Assembly (NCBI RefSeq): GCF_016127575.1
Contig: NZ_CP066019.1
Location: 1,320,001 to 1,352,000 of the forward strand
DNA from: Cupriavidus necator
Lineage (GTDB): Bacteria > Pseudomonadota > Gammaproteobacteria > Burkholderiales > Burkholderiaceae
Direction: 5' to 3'
Length of the DNA stretch: 32,000 nt
Under the pieces are notes generated by a model. It saw only the letters and a program-made list of their open reading frames with translations, ran no database searches and was not told the DNA's origin. The stretch's first letter is position 1, and every line of letters starts with the position of its first letter. The position numbers and the translations under genes are program-made. This document shows, in pieces, positions 24,664 through 32,000 of this stretch.

Positions 24664-25629
24664 ATGGAAACCTTTCGCAGCCGTGGCATTACCCGGGACG
24701 ACGTCTGGCAGGCCGCCGACAGCCTGCTCAAGGCCGGCCAGCGGCCCACCATCGAACGCATCCGCCTGCACCTGGGGCGGGGCTCTCCCAATACGGTCAG
24801 CCCGCACCTGGATGCCTGGTTCGCGGCACTGGGTGGACGTATCCAGGATCCACAGGCCTTTGCGCCCGCACCCGGATGCCCGGAGCCAGTCACGGAGGCA
24901 GCGCGCTATTTGTGGGATGCTGCGCTGCAGGTAGCCAAGGCTTCGGCCGAGGCCGCGCTGGTGCAGCGTGAGGCGGCACTGGCCGAGGCCCGGGCGGCAC
25001 TGGAGCAGGAGCGCCAAGCGCTGGCGCAGGAACGCCAGGTCATGCAGGCTCGCCTGGAAGGGGCCGAGACGGCCATGGCGGAACTGACACGGGCCCGCGA
25101 CGACGCTACGGAGCGTGCCGTGCGCGCTGAAGCTGCAGCCACCGCCCTGCAGCAACAGGCGGAGACAATGCGCGCAGAGTCGGCCGCGGCGCTGTTGGCA
25201 CACAACGCCATGCAGCAGGATTTCGCCGCGCAGCGGGCGGCGTGGGACCAGGAGCGGGAAACCGTGACCCAGCGCGCCGCCGCCAATGAGCGCCGCATGG
25301 CGCTGGAGCTGGACGCCGCGCGCGTGGCGGCCAGGGAGGGCCAGAAGCTGCTGGAAGCCGAGCGCAAGGCGGCCGTTGAGCGGCTGACGCGTGCTGCCGA
25401 GGCCGCGTCGCGCCAGGGCAGCGAGATGACCCGCCTTGGCCAGGCGCTCGCCGTGCTGGAAGAACGTGTGCGGCAGCGGGAAAGCCTGCTGGCCGAGTAT
25501 CGCAACCAGGCGGATGCCGCAACCACGGCCACCGCCGGCCCCGGTAGCCCGGCAGTCCGCCGCACACGGCCGGCCCGCGCTGCGCTGGCCGCCGGCAAGG
25601 GCAGTCGGCGGCGTACGCGAGGCGTATAG
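24664..25629 (+). CDS. KfrA-like DNA-binding protein (KfrA_N-type N-terminal domain plus a long Ala/Glu/Arg/Gln coiled coil)
   Basis: ITRDDVWQAADSLLKAGQRPTIERIRLHLGRGSPNTVSPHLDAWFA matches the KfrA N-terminal DNA-binding domain pattern. The remaining ~230 aa are heptad-like and alanine-rich. The start is ATG 24664 or the upstream TTG 24649. Confidence 0.7.
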   Translation: METFRSRGITRDDVWQAADSLLKAGQRPTIERIRLHLGRGSPNTVSPHLDAWFAALGGRIQDPQAFAPAPGCPEPVTEAARYLWDAALQVAKASAEAALVQREAALAEARAALEQERQALAQERQVMQARLEGAETAMAELTRARDDATERAVRAEAAATALQQQAETMRAESAAALLAHNAMQQDFAAQRAAWDQERETVTQRAAANERRMALELDAARVAAREGQKLLEAERKAAVERLTRAAEAASRQGSEMTRLGQALAVLEERVRQRESLLAEYRNQADAATTATAGPGSPAVRRTRPARAALAAGKGSRRRTRGV

Positions 25630-25685
25630 TGCACCTGCCGCGGCGGCAACTCAGGGATACATGGCGGGTGCCCAGGTGGATTTTG

Positions 25686-25715
25686 TCAAATGAGCTATAC
25701 TGAATGCTCATTTGA
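25686..25715. promoter_or_regulatory. Perfect 10-bp inverted repeat: candidate operator of the Xre/RES TA operon
   Basis: TCAAATGAGC-TATACTGAAT-GCTCATTTGA. The spacer contains the -10-like TATACT. The site ends 11 nt before the antitoxin ATG 25727. Confidence 0.55.
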
Positions 25716-25726
25716 TGAGGTCTGCC

Positions 25727-26242
25727 ATGCCGCTCATGCTCACTCCCAAAGGCCGCTATCCGCTGGCTCATGAACGCCCGGCTCCGCCCGAGCTGGGCGT
25801 CAACAACTACGTCGCCGTCTATGAGGCCAGCCTGTCGACGCAAGGCGCCATGTCGATCATCCGCGCGATTCGTGAAGGTGTGCCGGCTTCAGACCTGAAC
25901 CGCCTGGCCGAATCCATGGGCACCACCAAGGAGCAGCTGATCAAGACACTGGACTTGCCCCGCGCCACCGTGGACCGCAAGGCACGGGCGCACCAGAACC
26001 TGTCGAGCGAGCAGAGCGAGCGTGTGCTGGGCATGGCGCGGCTGGTCGGGCAGGTCCAGGCGCTGGTGGAAAGCTCGGGCGATCCGCGCGGTTTCAGCGC
26101 GGCGCAGTGGGTGGCGCAGTGGCTGGAGCAGCCTTCGCCGGCGCTGGGCGGGCGCCGCCCCGCTGAGCTGATGGATACGCTCGCCGGCCAGCGTATCGTT
26201 TCCGACCTGGTGGCCAGGATGCAGAGCGGGGCGTACGCGTGA
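25727..26242 (+). CDS. Xre-like antitoxin with a DUF2384 (MbcA/ParS toxin-binding) domain
   Basis: N-terminal HTH-like region (IIRAIREGVPASDLNRLAESMGTTKEQLIKTLDLPRATVDRKA) and C-terminal SEQSERVLGMARLVGQVQALVE...AAQWVAQWLEQPSPALGGRRPAELMDT..G...V...L. GAGG lies 6 nt before ATG 25727. Confidence 0.85.
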   Translation: MPLMLTPKGRYPLAHERPAPPELGVNNYVAVYEASLSTQGAMSIIRAIREGVPASDLNRLAESMGTTKEQLIKTLDLPRATVDRKARAHQNLSSEQSERVLGMARLVGQVQALVESSGDPRGFSAAQWVAQWLEQPSPALGGRRPAELMDTLAGQRIVSDLVARMQSGAYA

Positions 26243-26712
26243 GGCCAGCCTGGCGGATCGCGACCGACACCCCAGACTACACCGCCGACGACGCCAGCGG
26301 CGCCGGCGCCAAGGCCACCGGCGGGCGCTGGAACCGGCAGGGCACGCCCTTGATTTATGCGGCGTCCAGCATCGCGCTGGCTTGCCTGGAAACGCTGGTC
26401 CACCTGGGTTCAGGCGGGCTGCCGCTGAACCGCTACCTGGTCCGGATCGACATCCCCGACGAGCTATGGGCGGCTGCGCAGAAACTGAGCGTCGACACCG
26501 CCCCCGTAGGCTGGGATGCCATTCCCGCCGGAAAGACCAGCCTCGACACCGGCGAAGCCTGGACCGCCGGGGGCACCAGCGCCTTGCTGCTGGTGCCTTC
26601 CATCGTCATCCCTGAAGAGCACAACGTGCTGGTCAACCCGGCGCACCCCGACGCCGCGCGGCTGGCTTACGTCAAGGTCCGCCGCTGGCAGTACGACGCG
26701 CGCCTGGTCTGA
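26239..26712 (+). CDS. RES-domain toxin (MbcT/ParT family)
   Basis: R-E-S signature: GGRWN (Arg), ACLETLVH (Glu), LLVPSIVIPEEHNVLVNP (Ser). The GTG start overlaps the antitoxin stop (GTGA). Confidence 0.9.
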   Translation: MRPAWRIATDTPDYTADDASGAGAKATGGRWNRQGTPLIYAASSIALACLETLVHLGSGGLPLNRYLVRIDIPDELWAAAQKLSVDTAPVGWDAIPAGKTSLDTGEAWTAGGTSALLLVPSIVIPEEHNVLVNPAHPDAARLAYVKVRRWQYDARLV

Positions 26713-26715
26713 GGC

Positions 26716-28293
26716 TCAGGCCGTGGCGCCCGCGCGCAGCATGTGCTTCTGGATCTTGCCGCTGGTGGTCTTGGGCAATGCGTCCACGAAGTGATAGCGG
26801 CGCGGGCGCTTGTAGGCTGCCAGCCGGTCACCCTGCAACAGGAAGGCGTCGAGCTGCGCCGCGCTGACCGGTCCGTCGCCGCGCGTCACCACATAGGCGC
26901 CGACGACCTGGCCCCAGGTCGGATCGGGTTCGCCCAGCACGGCTACCTCCAGCACGGCCGGGTGCTCGATCAGCGCGTCTTCCACCTCGCGCGGATAGAC
27001 GTTCTCCGCGCCGGAATTGATCATGTAGTCGATGCGATCGCGGATCCACAGGTAGCCGTCCGCATCCAGGCTGCCGAGGTCGCCGGTGTGGTACCAGCCG
27101 TGCGCGAGCGCGCGCGCATTGGCATCCGGGCGGTTCAGGTAGCCCTGCATCATGCAGGGGCCACGCACCAGCACTTCGCCGACTTCACCGGGCACGCACG
27201 GCTGCATGGGGTCGGTCGGCTCGCCGTCGTCGCGCAGCCTGGCCACCACCAGCTCATGGCCGAGCGCGGGCAGGCCTGCCGAGCCGGCGTGGCTCAGCTG
27301 CTCATGCGGGTAAAGCACCGACATGCACGGGCCCATTTCCGTGGTGCCGTACACCTGCACCAGCCCGGCGCCGACCTTGCGGTCCCATTCGCGGATCAGG
27401 TGCGGCGCCATCGACGCGCCGCCGTATTCCACCAGCCGCAGTGAAGACACGTCGCGTGCGTCGGCATCCGGATGGTTCAGCAGCATGCCCACCATGGTCG
27501 GCGCGGCAAAGAAGTGCGTGACGCGCTCGCTTTCCACCAGTTGCCAGGCCTCGCCCGCGTCGAAGCGGCGCTGCAGCACCTGCGTGGCGCCAAGCTGCAG
27601 CCGCGGCAGGAAGCTGGTGTGCAGCTCGGCGGTATGGTTCAGCGGCGCCACCGACAGGCCCACGTCCTCGCGCGACAGCGTCATGGCCTGGTGCATCATC
27701 GCGTTGTGCTGCAGCTTGCTGCGATGGGTGTGCACCACGCCCTTGGGGCGGCCGGTGGTGCCGCTGGTGTACATCAGGATGCAGGGATCGTCCTCATGGA
27801 CCGTCACCGCGGGCGGCGTGGCGGGCTGGGCCGCGGCCAGCGTATCGAGCCGATGCGTGGCGAAAGCGGGGGCGGCATCGGGGTCTGCGTAGATGCGCAG
27901 CGCGGTGCCGGGCGCCAGTTCGGCGGCCTTTTCCACCACGCCCGCGCCTTCCTGCTCGAACAGCACTGCCTTGGCGCCGCCATCGTTCAGGATGTAGGCC
28001 AGTTCCTGCGCAGCCAGGCGGTAGTTGACCGGGTTGTAGACCGCGCCGATGCGCGCCGTGGCCAGCAGCGTGAAGACGAAGGCCGGAGTGTTGTAGAGGA
28101 AGGCCGCGACCACGTCGCCCTTGCCGATCCCCAGCGACTGCAGTGCGTGCGCGTGGCGGTTGACCTCGGCATCGAGCTCCGCATACGTCCACGCGCGTCG
28201 CCCGGCACCGATGCCGCTGACCAGCGCGGTCTTGCGCGGCAGGTAGCGCGCGGGCCAGGAGAGGGTGTCGCCAAGGGTGATGCCGCGGGTCAA
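26716..28293 (-). CDS. AMP-dependent acyl-CoA synthetase/ligase
   Basis: LMYTSGTTGRPKGV, YGTTE, TGDLGSLDADGYLWIRDRIDY, TTSGKIQK. I prefer the start TTG 28293 (GGAG 7 nt upstream, giving LTRGITLGDTLSW...). The longest ATG ORF reaches 28380 but has no RBS. Confidence 0.85.
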   Translation of the reverse strand: MTRGITLGDTLSWPARYLPRKTALVSGIGAGRRAWTYAELDAEVNRHAHALQSLGIGKGDVVAAFLYNTPAFVFTLLATARIGAVYNPVNYRLAAQELAYILNDGGAKAVLFEQEGAGVVEKAAELAPGTALRIYADPDAAPAFATHRLDTLAAAQPATPPAVTVHEDDPCILMYTSGTTGRPKGVVHTHRSKLQHNAMMHQAMTLSREDVGLSVAPLNHTAELHTSFLPRLQLGATQVLQRRFDAGEAWQLVESERVTHFFAAPTMVGMLLNHPDADARDVSSLRLVEYGGASMAPHLIREWDRKVGAGLVQVYGTTEMGPCMSVLYPHEQLSHAGSAGLPALGHELVVARLRDDGEPTDPMQPCVPGEVGEVLVRGPCMMQGYLNRPDANARALAHGWYHTGDLGSLDADGYLWIRDRIDYMINSGAENVYPREVEDALIEHPAVLEVAVLGEPDPTWGQVVGAYVVTRGDGPVSAAQLDAFLLQGDRLAAYKRPRRYHFVDALPKTTSGKIQKHMLRAGATA

Positions 28294-28446
28294 GGTTGTA
28301 CTCCGGTCGTGGTCCGCCGGCGCGTCGGCAGGCGGTTGTTGTCTTGTAAGCCGGACAATATAGAGCGGCGGGTGGGGCACATGGAAATAACGTTTTGCTC
28401 TTTCCTTATGCCGGAGTTGCAGTCATGCGATAAGGCTCTTGCGTGA

Positions 28447-28466
28447 TACTGTATATTCATACAGTT
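28447..28466. promoter_or_regulatory. LexA (SOS) box
   Basis: TACTGTATATTCATACAGTT has exact CTGT-N8-ACAG and matches the consensus TACTGTATATATATACAGTA at 17/20 positions. It lies 60 nt upstream of the helicase ATG 28526. Confidence 0.75.
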
Positions 28467-28525
28467 GCTGCCGCGCCCCGTTTCCTGTGTCCGCCGTCCC
28501 GCCACCCATTCCAGCCCCGCCTGCC

Positions 28526-30796
28526 ATGGCAGCCGCACCGGCCTACGTGGTGGCCGTGCGCGCGCTGTGCGAATTCACCGCCAAGGCGGGCGACCTGGAC
28601 CTGCGCTTCGTGCCGACGCCATCGGCGCAGGAGGGCGTGGCCGGGCATGCGGTAGTAACCAGCCGGCGCGGGGAGGCCTACCAGGCCGAAGTGGCGCTTG
28701 CCGCCGATTTCGGGCCCTTGCGTGTGCGCGGCCGTGCCGACGGCTACGATCCCGTCGCCAACCGGCTCGAAGAAATCAAGACCGTGCGCGGCGATGCCGC
28801 GGTGCCGGACAACCACCGCCACCTGCACTGGGCGCAGGCCAAGGTCTACGGCTGCCTGTTATGCCGCAAGCTGGGGCTGCCGGGGCTGGAGATCGCGGTG
28901 GTCTATTTCGACATCATCAGCCAGCGCGAGCACCCGGTTGCGGAGCACTTCACTGCGCAGGCGCTTGAAGCCTTCTTCGTGCAGACCTGCGAGCAGTTCC
29001 TGCACTGGGCGCAGGCGGAACTGGCCCACCGGCAGGCACGCGATGGCGCGCTGGCGCAGCTGGCCTTTCCGCACCAGGGTTTCCGCCCGGGCCAGCGCGA
29101 ACTGGCGCAGGCGGTCTATAACGCCAACCGCGCGGGCCGCCACCTGCTGGCGCAGGCGCCCACCGGCATCGGCAAGTCGGTCGGCACATTGTTCCCGGTG
29201 CTCAAGGCCATGCCGGGGCAGGGCATCGACAAGGTCTACTTCCTGTCGGCCCGCTCCACCGGGCGCGGGGTGGCGCTGCACGCCGCCAATGCGTTGCGCG
29301 GCCACGGCGCGCGGCCGCTGCATGTGCTGGAGCTGGTGGCCCGCGACAAGGCTTGCGAGCATCCGGAGCTGGCCTGCCATGGCGAGTCCTGCCCGCTGGC
29401 GCGCGGCTTCTATGACCGTCTGCCGGCAGCACGCGAAGCGGCGCGCGGCGTGCCGGTGCGCGACCGCGCCGCGGTGCGCACGCTGGCGCTGGCACACGGA
29501 ATCTGCCCTTACTACTTGTCGCAGGAGCTGGTGCGCTGGAGCGACGTGGTGGTGGCCGACTACAACTACTACTTCGACCGCAGCGCGTTGCTGTATGCGC
29601 TGACCGCGGCCAATGGCTGGCGCGCCAGCGTGCTGGTCGACGAGGCCCACAACTTGGTCGAACGCGGCCGCGCCATGTACACCGGGGAACTCGACCCCCA
29701 ATCGCTGCGCGAGGTGCGCCGCGGTGCGCCCGCCGTCGTACGCAAGCCATTGACACGGCTGGCCCGGCAATGGGGCGCGCTGGCACGCCAGAGCGACGAT
29801 GCCTATGAAGTCCTGCCCGAAGTGCCCGCCGTCTTCCGCCGCGCACTGGACGAATGCTGTGCGGCGGCATTGACGCATATGACCGAGCACCCAGGCGCGC
29901 AGGATCCGGCGCTGCAGCGCTTCTATTTCGATGCGCTGCATTTTGGACGCCTGGCCGAGCAGCTCGACGCGCATTCGCTGTTCGATATCCAGCGCGTGCC
30001 GCGCAGCGGCCGCGGCCACCGTGCGCGGCTGTGCCTGCGCAATGTCATCCCGGCCCCGTTCCTGCGCCCGCGCTTTGGCGCCGCGCATTCGGTCACGCTG
30101 TTCTCCGCGACCCTCGATCCCGCCGCCTACTACCTCGATACGCTGGGTTTGCCGGCCGATTGCGCGCGGGTGCAAGTGCCATCGCCGTTCCGCGCCGAGC
30201 AACTGTCGGTGCGGATTGCAGCGCGCATCTCCACCCGCTATGCGCGGCGCGAACAATCGCTGCCGGCCATCGTCGCGCTGATGGCCGGCCAGTTCCGCGC
30301 ACGGCGCGGCAACTACCTGGCGTTCTTCAGCAGCCACGAGTACTTGCAGCAAGCCGTGGCCCGCTTCGCCCAGTCTCACCCCGACATTCCGCATTGGGTG
30401 CAGTCGCGGGGCATGGACGAAGCCGCGCAGGCGGCGTTCCTGGGTACGTTTGCGGAAGGCGGCGAGGGCATCGGCTTTGCGGCGCTCGGCGGCGCCTTTG
30501 CCGAAGGCGTTGACCTGCCCGGCGAGCGCCTGATCGGCGCCTTCGTTGCCACCCTGGGGCTGCCCCAGTTCAACTCGGTCAACGAGCAGTTCCGTGCGCG
30601 CATGCAGCAGGCGTTCGGGCAGGGCTATGCCTATGCCTACCTGTATCCCGGGCTGCGCAAGGTGGTGCAGGCGGCAGGCCGGGTCATCCGCACGCAGCAG
30701 GACCAGGGCGTGGTCTACCTGATCGACGACCGCTTTGCCGCGGCCGAGGTGCGCGAACTGCTGCCGGCATGGTGGGAAATCGCCACGGCGGCCTAG
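28526..30796 (+). CDS. PD-(D/E)XK (RecB-family) nuclease domain fused to an XPD/DinG-type Fe-S SF2 DNA helicase
   Basis: N-terminal GRADGY...LEEIKT...QAKVY (D, ExK and QxxxY motifs). Walker A AQAPTGIGKS. A Cys quartet KACEHPELACHGESCPLA...GICPYY. DEAH box LVDEAHN. C-terminal motifs GAFAEGVDLPGE and AAGRVIRT. The start is ATG 28526 or the upstream TTG 28439. Confidence 0.85.
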   Translation: MAAAPAYVVAVRALCEFTAKAGDLDLRFVPTPSAQEGVAGHAVVTSRRGEAYQAEVALAADFGPLRVRGRADGYDPVANRLEEIKTVRGDAAVPDNHRHLHWAQAKVYGCLLCRKLGLPGLEIAVVYFDIISQREHPVAEHFTAQALEAFFVQTCEQFLHWAQAELAHRQARDGALAQLAFPHQGFRPGQRELAQAVYNANRAGRHLLAQAPTGIGKSVGTLFPVLKAMPGQGIDKVYFLSARSTGRGVALHAANALRGHGARPLHVLELVARDKACEHPELACHGESCPLARGFYDRLPAAREAARGVPVRDRAAVRTLALAHGICPYYLSQELVRWSDVVVADYNYYFDRSALLYALTAANGWRASVLVDEAHNLVERGRAMYTGELDPQSLREVRRGAPAVVRKPLTRLARQWGALARQSDDAYEVLPEVPAVFRRALDECCAAALTHMTEHPGAQDPALQRFYFDALHFGRLAEQLDAHSLFDIQRVPRSGRGHRARLCLRNVIPAPFLRPRFGAAHSVTLFSATLDPAAYYLDTLGLPADCARVQVPSPFRAEQLSVRIAARISTRYARREQSLPAIVALMAGQFRARRGNYLAFFSSHEYLQQAVARFAQSHPDIPHWVQSRGMDEAAQAAFLGTFAEGGEGIGFAALGGAFAEGVDLPGERLIGAFVATLGLPQFNSVNEQFRARMQQAFGQGYAYAYLYPGLRKVVQAAGRVIRTQQDQGVVYLIDDRFAAAEVRELLPAWWEIATAA

Positions 30797-30920
30797 AAAT
30801 TACACAGCCGGGCCAGTCTGGGGCATCCTCTTTGCGCGGTGCCTGCCCGAAGTCGCCGCTGGAACGAATCTGGCAGGCATGCGGATACCATCAGCCAGCT
30901 ATCGCGAAAGGATCAGATCC

Positions 30921-31244
30921 ATGCCCATGACCCAGCAATACGCGGCCACCGAGCCGACCCGCACGGAAGTGGATGCGCTGCCGGGCGCCACCGTGCTGGA
31001 ATTCGGCGCGCCGTGGTGCGGCTACTGCCAGCGCGCCCAGCCGGCGCTGGCTGAGGCCTTTGCCGTGCATCCGGCATTGCGCCATCTCAAGATCGAGGAC
31101 GGCAGCGGGCGCCGGCTTGGCCGGTCGTTTCACATCAAGCTGTGGCCGACGCTGGTGTTCCTGCGCGACGGGCAGGAAGTGGCGCGGCTGGTGCGCCCGA
31201 CCGAGTCGGAGCCGATCCGCGAGGCCATGCGCCGCATTGCCTAG
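30921..31244 (+). CDS. Thioredoxin-fold protein (WCGYC active site)
   Basis: VLEFGAPWCGYCQRAQPAL ... KLWPTLVFLRDGQEV. AAGGA RBS. I chose ATG 30921 within track ORF 30735-31244. Confidence 0.85.
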   Translation: MPMTQQYAATEPTRTEVDALPGATVLEFGAPWCGYCQRAQPALAEAFAVHPALRHLKIEDGSGRRLGRSFHIKLWPTLVFLRDGQEVARLVRPTESEPIREAMRRIA

Positions 31245-31261
31245 CCCGGCCGCGCGCTGCC

Positions 31262-31693
31262 TTATTTGGCGAACACCTGGCTCAGGTCGCCAAAGGCCTT
31301 GAACTCCAGCGCATTGCCCGACGGGTCCAGGAAGAACATGGTGGCCTGTTCGCCCACCTGGCCCTTGAAGCGCACATGCGGCTCGATCACGAACTGTGTG
31401 CCCGCCGCGCGCAGCCGCTCGGCCAGGGCCTCCCATTCGGCCATCGGCAGGATCGCGCCGAAGTGCCGCACCGGCACGTCGTCGCCATCGACGGCGCTGG
31501 TGGCGCGGTGACCACACTCCTCGGGCGACAGGTGCGCCACCACCTGGTGGCCATAGAAATTGAAGTCCACCCAGGCCTCGGAACTGCGCCCTTCGGGGCA
31601 ACCAAGCAAGTCGCCATAGAAGCGCCTTGCCTCGGCCAGGTCGCGCACGGGGAAAGCCAGGTGGAACAGGGGAATAGAGGAAGTCGCGCTCAT
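31262..31693 (-). CDS. VOC (glyoxalase/bleomycin-resistance/dioxygenase) family protein
   Basis: [24 protein letters not shown] ... [15 protein letters not shown] are typical VOC beta-alpha-beta-beta-beta modules. 143 aa. Confidence 0.85.
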   Translation of the reverse strand: MSATSSIPLFHLAFPVRDLAEARRFYGDLLGCPEGRSSEAWVDFNFYGHQVVAHLSPEECGHRATSAVDGDDVPVRHFGAILPMAEWEALAERLRAAGTQFVIEPHVRFKGQVGEQATMFFLDPSGNALEFKAFGDLSQVFAK

Positions 31694-31747
31694 GCGGGAG
31701 GCCTTTGTCGGGGGTCGTTATGCGGGCAGGCGTTGGCCTGCGCGTTG

Positions 31748-31762
31748 ATTGTAGCCAGCACA
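31748..31762. promoter_or_regulatory. Candidate LysR T-N11-A box in the divergent VOC/LysR intergenic region
   Basis: TTGTAGCCAGCACAA (TGT-N7-ACA dyad, T-N11-A) lies between the divergently transcribed VOC gene and the lysR-family gene. Confidence 0.25.
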
Positions 31763-31815
31763 ACCCGTAATATGAAGCGAATCATTTTTGGCCTGAGTAT
31801 CAGAATTTTCAATAG

Positions 31816-32000
31816 ATGATCCGCTACTTCCAGACCTTCCTGGTGGCCGCCGAAACCGGCTCGTTCTCCGCCGCCGCGGCGCGGCTGGCGCTGACGCAGT
31901 CGGCCGTCAGCACGCAGATCCGGCGGCTGGAAGAGGACCTGGACTGCGTACTCTTCGATCGCACCGGCAAGTCGGTCGCGCTCAGCGAAGCCGGGCGCCG
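31816..32000 (+). CDS. LysR family transcriptional regulator; N-terminal HTH only, runs off the right edge
   Basis: Not in the ORF track (no stop in the window). ATG 31816 gives MIRYFQTFLVAAETGSFSAAAARLALTQSAVSTQIRRLEEDLDCVLFDRTGKSVALSEAGR, a canonical LysR HTH. Confidence 0.85.
   Translation, partial: MIRYFQTFLVAAETGSFSAAAARLALTQSAVSTQIRRLEEDLDCVLFDRTGKSVALSEAGR

Larger units (their letters stand above)
23423..26712. mobile_element. Integrase / KfrA-like / Xre-RES TA module: probable genomic-islet or remnant of an integrative element (boundaries undefined)
   Basis: The gene content is typical of integrative elements and plasmids. An AT-rich (well below local GC) divergent promoter region lies at 24551-24663. 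I could not find flanking direct repeats or a tRNA target by eye. Confidence 0.4.

Noticed and set aside
24900-25560. Apparent repetitiveness of the kfrA-like coding region (possible tandem DNA repeats or a CRISPR-like array).
   Set aside because: The repetition exists only at the amino-acid composition level (Ala/Glu/Arg/Gln coiled coil). I see no exact DNA direct repeats with regular spacers.
28417-28457. Attempt to define sigma-70 -35/-10 hexamers for the helicase gene around the SOS box (TTGCAG, TTGCGT, GATACT, TATATT).
   Set aside because: No pair has acceptable 16-18 nt spacing, so only the LexA box itself is reported.

Overview
High-GC (about 65-68%) chromosomal segment typical of a betaproteobacterium. 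Burkholderiaceae, Cupriavidus/Ralstonia-like, is my inference from protein content and composition, not a search result. I support 35 protein-coding genes, two of them truncated by the window edges and absent from the ORF track: an Amt ammonium transporter at the left edge and a LysR regulator at the right edge. I found no rRNA, tRNA, CRISPR array or IS element. From 0 to about 21.8 kb the content is ordinary core and accessory metabolism and signalling: HU, thioesterase, CreA, acid phosphatase, acyl-CoA ligase, SDR, arylamine N-acetyltransferase, Crp/Fnr regulator, a PepSY-RR-HK operon, an HU paralog with a histone-H1-like tail, an esterase, CHMI isomerase, an MCP, an EAL-CBS-GGDEF protein, an atypical OmpR-type regulator, cardiolipin synthase and TetR. 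From about 21.8 to 26.7 kb there is an accessory-looking patch with AT-richer intergenic DNA. It holds an orphan reverse-strand terminator with upstream hairpins (candidate sRNA), a Tyr/Pro/Gly/His-rich lipoprotein with atypical codon usage, two small or unknown ORFs, a tyrosine recombinase, a KfrA-like DNA-binding coiled-coil protein and an Xre/RES toxin-antitoxin pair. To the right lie a second acyl-CoA ligase, a near-consensus LexA (SOS) box in front of a PD-(D/E)XK nuclease / XPD-DinG-type Fe-S helicase fusion, a thioredoxin-like protein, a VOC/glyoxalase protein and LysR. The most checkable non-coding signals are: the SOS box; helically phased TGTCAT (Pho-box-like) repeats in front of the EAL gene; a 23-bp palindrome made of two TTGTCCACA (DnaA-box-like) 9-mers upstream of cls; an 18-nt AT-rich motif present twice in front of similar promoter-like hexamers; nested dyads in the int/kfrA intergenic region; and a perfect 10-bp inverted repeat at the TA promoter. 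All functional calls rest on motif recognition by eye, and no database search was possible.
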